Assembly (NCBI GenBank): GCA_017857175.1
Contig: JAFMDS010000001.1
Location: 55,088-119,087, forward strand
Reading direction: 5' to 3'
DNA: 64,000 nt
From: Candidatus Nanopelagicales bacterium
GTDB lineage: Bacteria; Actinomycetota; Actinomycetes; S36-B12
Shown: positions 22,120-32,480 of the stretch, one piece after another
How positions within the stretch are numbered: the stretch's first letter is position 1
Layout of the letters: each line of letters opens with the position of its first letter
Position numbers and translations under genes: made by a program
The notes under the pieces: model-generated
The model's database searches: none
Told to the model about the DNA's origin: nothing
Seen by the model: only the letters and a program-made list of their open reading frames with translations

Positions 22120-22174
22120 GAGAGTCCCGACCGCGCGCACTCGGCTTGTCGCATGCCTGTCGGTCGGGGCTTTC
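22120..22174 (+). terminator. Stem-loop between rpsB and tsf (attenuator/processing or weak terminator)
   Basis: GAGAGTCCCGACCG (22120-22133) pairs with CGGTCGGGGCTTTC (22161-22174). Confidence 0.55.
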
Positions 22175-22213
22175 ACTCGGCTGAATTAATTACGAAAAGG
22201 AAGTAGATTCATA

Positions 22214-23029
22214 ATGTCCACGATTAGTGCCGCTGATGTCAAACGACTGCGGGAAGCAACATCTGCCGGAATGATGGAGTGTAAGAAGGCACTCGAAGAA
22301 GCCGGTGGCGATTTTGACAAGGCTGTTGAGGCACTGCGTATTTCCGGTGCAGCCAAGGCCGCAAAGCGCGGTGCGGAGCGCACGACTTCAAATGGAATTG
22401 TGTCCAATGAAGGCAATGCATTGGTAGAGCTCCTATGTGAAACCGACTTTGTGGCTAAGAGCGAAGATTTTCAGGCTCTTGCGAATTCGATTGCACAGGC
22501 CGCTCATTCAAGCCAGGTAGCGTCTGCTGAAGCTCTTTCAGCAGTTGAACTCAGTTCGGGAACTACTGTCGCCAATGCAATCGCGGAACTAGCTGGAGTT
22601 ATAGGTGAGAAGGTCGAACTTGGTCGCGTGGCAGTCCTTGAGCAGCCGGTTGCTTTGTATATGCACAAGCGCGCGTCAGACCTGCCTCCCCAGGTGGGTG
22701 TCATCGTTGCCTACTCCGGTGATGAAGAAGCAGCACGTGGCATTGCAATGCAAATTGCCGCCATGCGACCTCAATTCCTCACTCGTGAAGAAGTTCCCGC
22801 AGAAACGGTTGAGAGCGAGAAGCGAATCGCGGAAGAGACCGCAAAGGAAGAAGGCAAGCCCGAACAGGCAATGCCCAAAATCATCGAGGGACGTGTCAAC
22901 TCTTATTACAAGGATGTTGTCCTTCTCGAGCAACCCAGCGTGATCGATAACAAGAAGACGGTTGCCCAAATCCTTGCGGACTCAAACACGACCGTGACCG
23001 CTTTCGCCCGGTTCGAGCCAGGACAGTAG
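22214..23029 (+). CDS. tsf: Elongation factor Ts
   Basis: [32 protein letters not shown]...KIIEGR. Confidence 0.97.
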   Translation: MSTISAADVKRLREATSAGMMECKKALEEAGGDFDKAVEALRISGAAKAAKRGAERTTSNGIVSNEGNALVELLCETDFVAKSEDFQALANSIAQAAHSSQVASAEALSAVELSSGTTVANAIAELAGVIGEKVELGRVAVLEQPVALYMHKRASDLPPQVGVIVAYSGDEEAARGIAMQIAAMRPQFLTREEVPAETVESEKRIAEETAKEEGKPEQAMPKIIEGRVNSYYKDVVLLEQPSVIDNKKTVAQILADSNTTVTAFARFEPGQ

Positions 23030-23073
23030 ATAGCACGCTAGAAACCACACCGGAAAGGGGCATGATCATCGCC

Positions 23074-23853
23074 GTGGATGAATCTCAAGGTTCAGTTCAA
23101 CCAACTCTTTACGGAACAATTGACTTGTGGCCCGGTGTGCCAGAAGGTGGCTGGAAGCGTGTGCTGCTCAAACTAAGTGGTGAAGCATTTGCGGGTGAAG
23201 GAACTCTCGGTGTCGATCCTGACGTCGTTAGTTCCATCGCCCTGCAAATCAAAGGTGTGGTGGATTCGGGTACCGAAGTTGCCGTGGTCATTGGCGGCGG
23301 CAATTATTTTCGTGGTGCTGAACTTTCCGAGCGTGGAATGGAACGTGCCCGTGCCGACTACATGGGGATGCTTGGCACGGTTATGAACTGCCTCGCGCTC
23401 CAAGACTTCTGTGAGAAAGCGGGCATTGACACGCGAGTTCAGACCGCAATTGCCATGGGACAGGTGGCTGAACCTTATGTCCCGCGGCGGGCAATGCGCC
23501 ACCTCGAAAAGGGAAGAGTAGTCATTTTCGGTGCAGGCCTCGGGCAGCCTTATTTTTCCACCGACACGACCGCGGCCCAGCGTGCACTCGAAATCGGTGC
23601 CGAAGTTGTCCTCATGGCCAAGGGTGTGGATGGCGTCTATGACGATGACCCTCGCCAGAACCCTGAGGCAACCAAATATGACCGTCTAACTCCCTCTGAA
23701 GTTTTGGCTCAAGGTCTCAAAGTTGCCGACGCCACAGCTATTAGTTTGTGTCAGGACAATGATCTACCCATTGTGGTCTTCAACCTCTTGGTCAAGGGAA
23801 ATATCGCGCGTGCCGTGCGTGGCGAGAGTATTGGAACACTCGTTCGCTCCTAA
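23074..23853 (+). CDS. pyrH: Uridylate kinase
   Basis: [33 protein letters not shown]; start GTG 23074 or ATG 23062. Confidence 0.97.
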   Translation: MDESQGSVQPTLYGTIDLWPGVPEGGWKRVLLKLSGEAFAGEGTLGVDPDVVSSIALQIKGVVDSGTEVAVVIGGGNYFRGAELSERGMERARADYMGMLGTVMNCLALQDFCEKAGIDTRVQTAIAMGQVAEPYVPRRAMRHLEKGRVVIFGAGLGQPYFSTDTTAAQRALEIGAEVVLMAKGVDGVYDDDPRQNPEATKYDRLTPSEVLAQGLKVADATAISLCQDNDLPIVVFNLLVKGNIARAVRGESIGTLVRS

Positions 23854-23901
23854 GGTGGAGTGCGCGATGCTAATAGGGAATGACAAAGGATAGGACCCAA
23901 T

Positions 23902-24468
23902 ATGTCTGAAGAAATCGATGTAATCCTCATAGAAGCCGGCGAGAAAATGGAGAAGGCCATCGCCGTAGCTCGTGAAGATTTCTCCACAATTCGCACGGGG
24001 CGTGCAACGCCATCGATGTTCAACAAGATTTCCGTTGACTACTACGGAACCGCAACGCCTGTGAATCAATTGGCTTCATTCCAAACCCCTGAAGCGCGAA
24101 TGATCCTCATTACGCCCTACGACAAGGGTGCGGCTGCAGGAATTGAAAAGGCTCTGCGCGACAGTGACTTGGGCATCAACCCAACGACCGATGGAAATGT
24201 GATCAGAGTCGTTCTACCGCAACTGACCGAAGAGCGTCGCAAGGAGTACATCAAGTTGGCCAGGACAAAGGGCGAAGAGGCAAAGGTTTCTGTGCGCAAT
24301 ATCCGTCGTCATGCCAAAGAAACTCTTGACAAGATGCAAAAAGACGGCGAAGCGGGCGAGGACGACATTCGCCGTGCAGAAAAGTCACTTGATGAGATTA
24401 CACACAAGAATACTGAGCACATCGATGAAATCCTGAAGACCAAAGAAGCAGAGTTGCTCGAGGTCTAA
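23902..24468 (+). CDS. frr: Ribosome recycling factor
   Basis: [25 protein letters not shown]. Confidence 0.98.
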   Translation: MSEEIDVILIEAGEKMEKAIAVAREDFSTIRTGRATPSMFNKISVDYYGTATPVNQLASFQTPEARMILITPYDKGAAAGIEKALRDSDLGINPTTDGNVIRVVLPQLTEERRKEYIKLARTKGEEAKVSVRNIRRHAKETLDKMQKDGEAGEDDIRRAEKSLDEITHKNTEHIDEILKTKEAELLEV

Positions 24469-24471
24469 TTC

Positions 24472-25326
24472 ATGTCACCCGGTGCGAATGCGGCAAAAGC
24501 GGGGAGAAATCTGCCCGCTGCCGTGGCATCGGGCGTTGCCCTTGCGGCGATAGTTATTTTCTCTTTGGCAACATGGAAATGGATCTTTGGAATTGTTGCA
24601 ATCATTGCACTGGTAATCGCAGTGCATGAATTTGTCATGGTTTTAAAGACGCGGAATATATACGTTGCGCGAACGCCCGTTTACCTGGCTGCGGTGGTGA
24701 TCCCCGCTGTTGCTTATTTGTGGGGTTTTGAAGCACAGTTGGTAGCAACGGGCTTTTTCGTTCTTGTCGTCATGATGTGGCGAATAAGGCGAGGCACAGA
24801 AGGTTTTTTCGCTGATATCAGCGCCTCTGTTCTCTTAATCGCCTATTTACCATTCATGGCTGCGTTCCTCATGCTGACGCTGGCAGCCGAAAACGGATCC
24901 TGGCGAGTGGTCGTCTTCATCCTATTGACCGTGGCGAACGATATCGGCGGATATGCGTTCGGTGTTTTCTTTGGCAAACACCCAATGGCACCGCATATCA
25001 GTCCCAAGAAGTCATGGGAAGGTTTTGCTGGTTCGATAATCTTGCAGTCGATCGTTGGCATCTTGGCATTTATTTTTATTTTCGATGCACCATGGTGGCA
25101 GGGACTGGTGGCAGGGCTCATCCTGACGGTTACCGCTACGGGCGGTGACTTCGTGGAAAGCGCAATCAAGCGCGATCTCGGAGTTAAGGACATGGGGTCA
25201 ATTGTTCCGGGGCACGGAGGCATGATGGATCGGTTGGATTCACTCGTGCCGAATGCTTTTGCGTCATGGGCCGTATTCACGGTGTTCCTCGGTTCAGGCA
25301 TTGCCGTTTCAGCGATGGGGATGTAA
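24472..25326 (+). CDS. cdsA: Phosphatidate cytidylyltransferase
   Basis: [42 protein letters not shown]. Confidence 0.96.
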   Translation: MSPGANAAKAGRNLPAAVASGVALAAIVIFSLATWKWIFGIVAIIALVIAVHEFVMVLKTRNIYVARTPVYLAAVVIPAVAYLWGFEAQLVATGFFVLVVMMWRIRRGTEGFFADISASVLLIAYLPFMAAFLMLTLAAENGSWRVVVFILLTVANDIGGYAFGVFFGKHPMAPHISPKKSWEGFAGSIILQSIVGILAFIFIFDAPWWQGLVAGLILTVTATGGDFVESAIKRDLGVKDMGSIVPGHGGMMDRLDSLVPNAFASWAVFTVFLGSGIAVSAMGM

Positions 25327-26426
25327 TGCCGCAGCCAGGTGAGTTGGTTTTTGAGTCGCCTAAACGGGGCAAGCCACCAATACATTTTCTCGACTTGACT
25401 GCGGCCGAGCGAAAGAAAGCGGTCAGCGAATTGGGTCTTCCGGGATTCAGGGCGGACCAAGTGTCAAAACATGTATTCGAGCATTTAGACAAAAGGCCTG
25501 AGGATTGGTCCGACGTTCCATTGGACGCTCGAACCGCAATCACTCAGGCGCTTATGCCGGAACTACTCGAACCAGTTCGAACGATTGAATGTGACGATGG
25601 GGAGACCGTCAAAACATTGTGGCGGCTACACGACTCTTCGCTGGTAGAGAGCGTGCTGATGCGCTACCCCAATCGGGTGACAATGTGCATCTCCTCCCAG
25701 GCTGGGTGCGGAATGAACTGTCCATTCTGTGCTACCGGTCAGGCCGGCTTGACTCGAAATTTGTCGACAGCGGAGATCTTTGGGCAAGTATTGGCTGGGG
25801 CACAAGCTCTAGCGCGCGACGAAATCGCTGGTGGTCCTGGGCGGGTGTCGAATGTTGTGTTCATGGGCATGGGAGAGCCTTTGGCAAATTACAACGCGGT
25901 AATGGGTGCCATCCATCGCATTATTGACCCGTCCCCTGAAGGACTCGGCATTAGTGCAAGGGGAGTGACGGTTTCCACTGTCGGGTTGGTGCCTCGTATC
26001 AAGCAGCTTGCAACTGAGGGGCTGCCCGTAACCCTCGCGCTGTCGTTGCATGCCCCCGATAACGAATTGCGCGACACACTAGTCCCCATCAATACCCGAT
26101 GGTCTGTTGAGGAAGTCCTTGATGCACTCTGGGAATACGCGGATGTGAGCAAGCGGCGGGTAAGTATCGAGTATGCACTAATCAAAGACATCAACGACCA
26201 GCCGGAGCGTGCAAGATTGCTTGCGCAGCGGTGCCAAGGCCAACTCGTTCATGTCAACTTGATTCCACTGAATCCAACGCCTGGTTCAAAGTGGACGGCT
26301 TCACGCAAGGAAGATGAGCGCGCTTTTGTCAGAATACTTGAGAATGCAGGTGTGGCTGTAACAGTTCGCGACACGCGGGGTCGGGAGATTGACGGAGCAT
26401 GTGGGCAACTTGCAGCCTTGGAGTAG
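25326..26426 (+). CDS. rlmN: 23S rRNA m2A2503 / tRNA methyltransferase RlmN
   Basis: [18 protein letters not shown] radical SAM motif, [19 protein letters not shown] coupling with cdsA. Confidence 0.97.
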   Translation: MPQPGELVFESPKRGKPPIHFLDLTAAERKKAVSELGLPGFRADQVSKHVFEHLDKRPEDWSDVPLDARTAITQALMPELLEPVRTIECDDGETVKTLWRLHDSSLVESVLMRYPNRVTMCISSQAGCGMNCPFCATGQAGLTRNLSTAEIFGQVLAGAQALARDEIAGGPGRVSNVVFMGMGEPLANYNAVMGAIHRIIDPSPEGLGISARGVTVSTVGLVPRIKQLATEGLPVTLALSLHAPDNELRDTLVPINTRWSVEEVLDALWEYADVSKRRVSIEYALIKDINDQPERARLLAQRCQGQLVHVNLIPLNPTPGSKWTASRKEDERAFVRILENAGVAVTVRDTRGREIDGACGQLAALE

Positions 26427-26468
26427 TCATACATTCGTCGATCGATTCACAAATTGGGGAGCGCGAAA

Positions 26469-27017
26469 ATGAATGAAGGCATGGCAAGTGGGAGAGCAGT
26501 GTTGAGTTTGTGGAAATTAATTCTTTATATCGTTATACGCACCGTTTTACTATTATTGATCGTCACATTTTTGCTGAGTCAATTCCCCGAGAAAATGGAA
26601 GCGCGCAGTTATGGAATCGCGGTGGTGGTTGCCGGGCTCTGTGTTATCTATCTGGTGTTTTTCCTTTTTCAAATTCGTCAGATTAAGAATTCAAAGTACC
26701 CCTCGCTGAGAGCGGCCGAGGCGATCTTTTCATCGGCGATACTTTTCCTTGCCGCATTCTCAGCGATTTACGTTCTTATAGATGGAACTGAACCTGGATC
26801 TTTCACACAAGATTTGTCACCATTTGATGCCTATTATTTTGCGATGACCGTGCTGTCTACCGTGGGTTTCGGTGACATTTCTCCAGTGTCAACGGCAGCG
26901 AGAACTGCAAGCATGATCCAAATGGCGTTAGACCTCGTTTTTATTGGCGTAGTCGTGCGTATTTTCGCTGCGACAGCAAAGAAAGGTGGCTCCAAGAAAG
27001 CTGTCGCTGATGAGTAG
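26469..27017 (+). CDS. Potassium channel family protein (pore domain, no RCK domain)
   Basis: YYFAMTVLSTVGFGDISP pore helix/filter flanked by TM helices, plus two N-terminal hydrophobic segments. Confidence 0.85.
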   Translation: MNEGMASGRAVLSLWKLILYIVIRTVLLLLIVTFLLSQFPEKMEARSYGIAVVVAGLCVIYLVFFLFQIRQIKNSKYPSLRAAEAIFSSAILFLAAFSAIYVLIDGTEPGSFTQDLSPFDAYYFAMTVLSTVGFGDISPVSTAARTASMIQMALDLVFIGVVVRIFAATAKKGGSKKAVADE

Positions 27018-27018
27018 C

Positions 27019-27069
27019 GCGAGACTGAACACTCACGTCCACGGGGGTGAGGACAATGTTCAGCCTCGC
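27019..27069. terminator. Inverted repeat between convergent genes
   Basis: GCGAGACTGAACA ... TGTTCAGCCTCGC (1 mismatch). Confidence 0.6.
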
Positions 27070-27088
27070 TGGAAAAATTGTACGAAAT

Positions 27089-28216
27089 CTATGTGTCCGG
27101 GTAATCCAGATTCAATAATTCAATGATCTCTTTAGAATCTGCACCGAGTATGGGTGCGGGTGCGTTATAACCAACTGGAGTTCTGCTGAGATTAATTGGG
27201 CTGGCTACCTGACCGTGCGTTATGGGGTTGAGCCCCAAAGATTGGGCTAAAGCGAATGATTGCTCAATATTGTTTATTGGTCCTGCCGGTACGCCTGCGG
27301 CAACGAACTTGGCATGCCAGTCGTCGGCGTTGAGTTCGAAGAGTTTAGATTCAATAATTTCTTTGAGTTCCACTCGGTGCGCAACTCGATTGCTGTTGGT
27401 TGAGAATCGAACTTCTTGTGCTAGTGCGGGCAGGTCAAGTGCCTTCATTAACTGCTGAAACTGTTGGTCATTGCCCACGGCGATGATCAGTGCTCGATCG
27501 CGAGCTTGAAAGAGTTCATAGGGTGCAATGCTGGGATGGGCATTGCCCATCATGCTTGGAACCGCGCCACCCAACGCAAAGCCTGCACTCTGATTCACCA
27601 TTGAGGCCAGGAGTACAGAAAGAAGGTTTACTTCGATTAGTTGCCCGAGTCCGGACTTGTCCCTCTCGTGCAGCGCCGCGAGTATTGCAACGCATGCATG
27701 AAGGCCGGTCAAGACATCGACCAGAGCCACTCCAACCTTGGTCGGAGAGTCCTCTCCCGTAATACTCATTAGTCCACCCATAGCTTGCACCAAAAGGTCA
27801 TATCCGGGCAAGTCCCGACCTGCACCCGCGCCAAAACCGCTGATGCTGCAATAGATGAGACGGTCATTGCTGGCGCTGAGGGTGGGGTAGTCGAGCCCAT
27901 ATTGTTCCAAGCCACCGACTTTGAAGTTCTCAACCATCACATCAGCCTGAGCGATCAGTTTTTCGGCGCGTACCCGATCGTGCTGTTGATTAAGGTCCAG
28001 TGTGAGTGACTTCTTATTCCGGTTGATACTTTCGAAGTAGGTCGATGTGCCGTCAGCAGTGAAGGGCGGACCCCAAGCGCGCGTGTCGTCGCCGAGCACC
28101 GGTCGTTCTACCTTGATCACGGTCGCACCAAGGTCGGCGAGAAGCATTGTTGCATAGGGTCCTGCGAGTACGCGGGAGAAATCTGCAACCAAGATCCCGT
28201 CAAGTGCGCCCGTCAA
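27089..28216 (-). CDS. Class III CoA-transferase (CaiB/BaiF; succinyl-CoA:glutarate CoA-transferase-like)
   Basis: DFSRVLAGP, LADLGATVIKVE, GDDTR, NRNKKS, PGYD, ALVDVLTG. Confidence 0.9.
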   Translation of the reverse strand: MTGALDGILVADFSRVLAGPYATMLLADLGATVIKVERPVLGDDTRAWGPPFTADGTSTYFESINRNKKSLTLDLNQQHDRVRAEKLIAQADVMVENFKVGGLEQYGLDYPTLSASNDRLIYCSISGFGAGAGRDLPGYDLLVQAMGGLMSITGEDSPTKVGVALVDVLTGLHACVAILAALHERDKSGLGQLIEVNLLSVLLASMVNQSAGFALGGAVPSMMGNAHPSIAPYELFQARDRALIIAVGNDQQFQQLMKALDLPALAQEVRFSTNSNRVAHRVELKEIIESKLFELNADDWHAKFVAAGVPAGPINNIEQSFALAQSLGLNPITHGQVASPINLSRTPVGYNAPAPILGADSKEIIELLNLDYPDT

Positions 28217-28225
28217 TTGAGGGTC

Positions 28226-29407
28226 CTAACGAAAGGCGGGAAGCCCGGTTAATGCCTGCCCGATAACAAGGGTATGCATTTCGTTGGTGCCTTCGTAGGT
28301 AAAAACCGACTCCAAATTATTCATGTGGCGGATGATGGGGTATTCGAGTGTTATCCCATTGCCACCCAGAATGCTGCGACATTCGCGTGCGATGTGAAGG
28401 GCTTCACGAGCATTATTGAGTTTGCCCAGTGAAATCTGCTCGGGAGTCACGCCGATTGAGTCCTTGAGTCGTCCAATGTGTAGGGCTAAGAGCATGCCTT
28501 TGCCCAGTTCAAGGGTCATATCAGCCAACTTCATTTGGGTGAGTTGATAGCCCGCAATTGGTCGATCGAATTGCACCCTATTAATTGAGTAGTCAATTGC
28601 AGTCTGGAGGCAGTCGCGAGCAGCTCCAAGTGTGCCAAATGCAATTCCAAATCGCGCTTCATTCAAGCAAGAGAGCGGGCCCTTCAGTCCTCGGACACCG
28701 GGCAACATGGAGTGCGCAGGCAATCGTAGGTTTTCAAAAACCAGTTCACTTGTAATAGATGCTCGCAGTGACATTTTTTTGTGAATTACGCTCGCGGTAA
28801 AACCGGGGGTGGCGGTTGGAACAATAAAACCGCGAATTCCATCGTCTGTTTGAGCCCAGACAACAGCTACATCAGCCACGCTTCCGTTGGTGATCCACAT
28901 TTTTGAACCGTTGAGAATCCAATCCGAATTCGCGTCGCTTCCATCACGTTTTGCATTGGTTCGCATGCCCTGGGGGTTTGATCCAAAGTCGGCTTCAGTG
29001 AGTCCAAAACAACCAACGATGTCACCTGCGGCCATGCCCGGAAGCCACTCGTTTTTCTGCTCCTCCGAACCAAATTCGTGAATCGCATACATTGCGAGTG
29101 AGCCTTGGACGCTCACGAGGGAGCGAATACCTGAATCACCCGCTTCAAGTTCCATTGCGGCCAGACCATAGGCAACGGCAGATGTGCCGGCGCAGCCGTA
29201 GCCCTCAAGGTGCATGCCCAAAAGACCCAATGAGCCGAAATCTTTGGCGAGCGAACGAGCGGGTATGTCACCTTTCTCGAACCAGTCCGCTATCTGGGGA
29301 GAGATACTTGCTTCCACATACTCGCGAACAACTGATGAGATGGCTCGTTCCTCCTCAGACAGGAGGCTGTCAATGCCGAAAAGGGCGAGTGGAGAGGTTA
29401 CGGACAC
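28226..29407 (-). CDS. Acyl-CoA dehydrogenase, glutaryl-CoA dehydrogenase-like
   Basis: DSGIRSLVSVQGSL, GCFGLTE, KMWITNG, GPLSCLNEAR, ILGGNGI, NLESVFTYEGT. Confidence 0.88.
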   Translation of the reverse strand: MSVTSPLALFGIDSLLSEEERAISSVVREYVEASISPQIADWFEKGDIPARSLAKDFGSLGLLGMHLEGYGCAGTSAVAYGLAAMELEAGDSGIRSLVSVQGSLAMYAIHEFGSEEQKNEWLPGMAAGDIVGCFGLTEADFGSNPQGMRTNAKRDGSDANSDWILNGSKMWITNGSVADVAVVWAQTDDGIRGFIVPTATPGFTASVIHKKMSLRASITSELVFENLRLPAHSMLPGVRGLKGPLSCLNEARFGIAFGTLGAARDCLQTAIDYSINRVQFDRPIAGYQLTQMKLADMTLELGKGMLLALHIGRLKDSIGVTPEQISLGKLNNAREALHIARECRSILGGNGITLEYPIIRHMNNLESVFTYEGTNEMHTLVIGQALTGLPAFR

Positions 29408-29488
29408 GGGGGAAGGTTAGCAAGTTTACATCTGGAATCCAAAGATTGGATCCAATTTGAATTATGAGGACGGACTATTGTTCCTTCG

Positions 29489-30406
29489 GTGAGTGAGCGC
29501 AACGCCCTGCGTCTTGGTCAGTGGACCATGTTGATCCTGGCGGTATTGGGATTGATCGCCTACTTTTTGTCCTCGGCCGCTGCACTTTCAATCGATGCCG
29601 CATATTCAATGCTCAATTTTGTTAGTGCGATAGTCGCACGCAAGGTACTGGTTTCCGCTCGAGCTCGCCCTGATCATGATCACCCTTATGGCAACGGTTC
29701 GGTGGAAAATTTTTACGTCATGGCACGCAGTCTGATCATCGTTGGCATGATCGGCTTGGCATTCATAGGAGCGGTTGTTTCGCTCCTGAACTACTTCCTT
29801 TACGGCGAGAGTGAAGATATTCATTTGGGAATTGCCGGTGGTTATGGTGTCCTTGCAGGCCTTATCTTTTTTGGGCTTTCCATGAACTATGCCAGGGCCG
29901 AACGTGTTACGAACTCCGGTGTACTCCACGCCGAGCGCAAGGCAACGAAACTCGACGCAATCATGAGTGCGGCGACTGGAGTGACATTCATAGCAGTTGC
30001 CATGATTCCATCAGGAACCTTTCTCACGAGCGCCGAATTCGACATTCGACAAATCGCGGATTCGCTACTAGTCATCGTGCTGGTGGTGCTCCTGGTCCCT
30101 GAACCATGGCACACGATTCGGGCAGAGTTTGGACGCATAACGGGATCACGCATGGATATAGAACTGGAGGATCAAATTCGTCAGTTGCTCGTAACGATTC
30201 CTGCTTTAGAGGTCACCGATGTCTATGCCGTCAAGCGAGGTTCTCTCATTGAAGCTGATGTTCGAGTGTCATTTCACAGTGCAGTGGACATAGAAAGACT
30301 CGATCATTGGCGCATGGAAATTTTCACGATCCTCAATGGGAAACTAGGCAGAACGCGCGTTCATGTTGTTTTTACCAAGATTTCTATTGATGCTTCTAAC
30401 GAGTAG
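29489..30406 (+). CDS. Cation diffusion facilitator (CDF)-like transporter
   Basis: About six TM segments, PDHDHPYG loop motif, C-terminal cytoplasmic alpha/beta domain. Confidence 0.75.
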   Translation: MSERNALRLGQWTMLILAVLGLIAYFLSSAAALSIDAAYSMLNFVSAIVARKVLVSARARPDHDHPYGNGSVENFYVMARSLIIVGMIGLAFIGAVVSLLNYFLYGESEDIHLGIAGGYGVLAGLIFFGLSMNYARAERVTNSGVLHAERKATKLDAIMSAATGVTFIAVAMIPSGTFLTSAEFDIRQIADSLLVIVLVVLLVPEPWHTIRAEFGRITGSRMDIELEDQIRQLLVTIPALEVTDVYAVKRGSLIEADVRVSFHSAVDIERLDHWRMEIFTILNGKLGRTRVHVVFTKISIDASNE

Positions 30407-30429
30407 TTCACCGCCAAACTTTCGCGGAA

Positions 30430-31797
30430 TTAGTGTCCGAGGAGTTTGCCCACTAGTTGAACTGTTTTTGATTCTTTGCCGGTCCGATCTTCGTAGGAGT
30501 CGGCTCGCTGCATAACCTGAAGCCCAGCATTGGCTCCAAGCCAGCGGAAGGGTTCTGGCTCCCATTTGCGTGAGCGGTGATTTACCCACGGAAGTCCAGT
30601 GATCTCTGAGGGTGCTCCCGTAATCAGGTGGGCCAGTGTCTTACCCCCGAGGTGGCTCGTTCCAAGCCCGTCGCCCACATACCCACCAGACCAGGCCTGT
30701 CCTGTCGCTGGGTCGAACCCGCAGGAGGCCCACCAGTCACGTGCGATTCCCAAAGGGCCACCCCACGTGTGCGTGACACGGGTTTTGTGCAAGGCAGGGA
30801 ACATGTCGGTTAAAACACCCCACAATCCCTGATGAACGCTTGCGTTGTGGTCATTACGTGCTTCGATTCGGGATCCAAAATGATAGGGCGCCCCGCGCCC
30901 GCCAAAGGCAATCCTGTTATCTGCCGTGATTTGACCATAAATGATGAGATTGCGAAAATCTGAGAACGTTTCCCGGCTAGCGAGTCCAATAGAGGAGCGA
31001 ATCTCAGGGGTAAGAGGTTCCGTTGCCAGCATCATGGAATAGACGGGGGCAAGATTTCTTTCCAAGCCCGTCAGAGAGGCGGTGTAACCCTCCGTAGCGC
31101 GGATCGTGATCGGGGCGTTAACCGAGAATTGATGACCAATGATTCGGCCAGATTCGATGGCAGTAACAGGAGAGTTTTGATAGATCTTCACGCCACGAGA
31201 TTGGAGGTGGCCGGTGAGAGCGCACACTAATTTATATGGATTTATCGCGGCACAATGTGGAGTGAATGTGCCACCAAGGACATCGGTTGCGTTGATCCGA
31301 TCGAGTGTCTCGCTCCTATTGAGATAGACAAGATCAGAGTCGAAGCCCCATTTTGTCAGTTCCGCGACTTCAGTGTGAGCCCTTCGATTTTGAACCGGAG
31401 TTCTAGCGGCAACAACAGTTCCTCCATGTGCCCAATCGACGTTCCAGCCATGTTCCTCGATAGCAAGACCGATGTCTGAGACGTTCTCCCTCATGGCCGT
31501 GTGCATGTGGCGCGCTTGATCTTTTGAACTTGCTCGTGCCAGAGCGCTGAGATGGGCGGGGAAAAGGGCAGACACCCAGCCACCATTTCGCCCACTTGCG
31601 CCATAACCTGGGTAATGAGCATCCACGATCACGATACGCACACTTGGATCAAGCTTTGTCAGGTAGTAGGCGCTCCACAAACCCGTAAAGCCAGCGCCAA
31701 CTATCGCGACATCGGCGTCAACATGGGAACGGAGTGGTTCGCCAACAGGTTCCAGAACATCAGAAGAGTCAGCCTGGACCCACAAAGATGTGTTCAC
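30430..31797 (-). CDS. FAD-dependent oxidoreductase (DAO/PuuB-like), copy 1
   Basis: DVAIVGAGFTGLW, GASGRNGG, RATEGY, WGGPLG, WEPEPFRW. Confidence 0.88.
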   Translation of the reverse strand: MNTSLWVQADSSDVLEPVGEPLRSHVDADVAIVGAGFTGLWSAYYLTKLDPSVRIVIVDAHYPGYGASGRNGGWVSALFPAHLSALARASSKDQARHMHTAMRENVSDIGLAIEEHGWNVDWAHGGTVVAARTPVQNRRAHTEVAELTKWGFDSDLVYLNRSETLDRINATDVLGGTFTPHCAAINPYKLVCALTGHLQSRGVKIYQNSPVTAIESGRIIGHQFSVNAPITIRATEGYTASLTGLERNLAPVYSMMLATEPLTPEIRSSIGLASRETFSDFRNLIIYGQITADNRIAFGGRGAPYHFGSRIEARNDHNASVHQGLWGVLTDMFPALHKTRVTHTWGGPLGIARDWWASCGFDPATGQAWSGGYVGDGLGTSHLGGKTLAHLITGAPSEITGLPWVNHRSRKWEPEPFRWLGANAGLQVMQRADSYEDRTGKESKTVQLVGKLLGH

Positions 31798-31799
31798 GG

Positions 31800-32471
31800 C
31801 TAGTTTCGGCCCCACGTTTTGAGGTAATCAGGCACGGGGGTTCCGCTCGGTACATATTGATCTGGGATGGGGATTCCCAATTGTTCGGTGATGGGCACGA
31901 CTCCAGCCCATAGGGATGATCCTTCAGTGGATGTCAAGTCCTGATCCAGATCGTCAGGAGGACCTTCGCTCACTTTCACGGACCATCGATCGAGCTTGAG
32001 CTCGAGAGTCATGGTGGCTTTAAGTTCTTGAGACGTTGGCTGACGTGCATGGTTCCAGCGACCAGGCATGAGGTGTTCGGTGATGATTCGTAAGCCCTCG
32101 ATTTCGTCATCACCCTCGAGACGGTGTGTGATACCAAACGCCATCACACACCGATAATTCATGCTTGACTCGAACAAACTGCGCGCAAGAACAAGACCAT
32201 CGAGCAAAGTGACCGTGACGCTTGCAGGCGCTCCGCTGTCCAATAGTTTGAAAAGCCGCGAAGCCGATGATCCATGAATGAGCAGTCTATTTCCGTCTCG
32301 GGCATAGCCCACAGGCACAACGATTGGTTGATTCCCGTCTACGACTCCAACGTGAGCCACGATGCCGGCATCAAGAATGCTGAACATCGTGGTGGCGTCG
32401 GTCCGCACTTTATCCGGCAGACGTTTAACTTGCGTAAACGAGTCAGCCGTAGCCTTTGTTTCGCGAATCAT
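31800..32471 (-). CDS. Pyridoxamine 5'-phosphate oxidase-like split-barrel flavin-binding protein (NimA-like)
   Basis: ILDAGIVAHVG, IHGSSASR, VTLLDGLVLARS, SMNYRCVM, WAGVVP. Confidence 0.85.
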   Translation of the reverse strand: MIRETKATADSFTQVKRLPDKVRTDATTMFSILDAGIVAHVGVVDGNQPIVVPVGYARDGNRLLIHGSSASRLFKLLDSGAPASVTVTLLDGLVLARSLFESSMNYRCVMAFGITHRLEGDDEIEGLRIITEHLMPGRWNHARQPTSQELKATMTLELKLDRWSVKVSEGPPDDLDQDLTSTEGSSLWAGVVPITEQLGIPIPDQYVPSGTPVPDYLKTWGRN

Positions 32472-32480
32472 TGCTATGCG

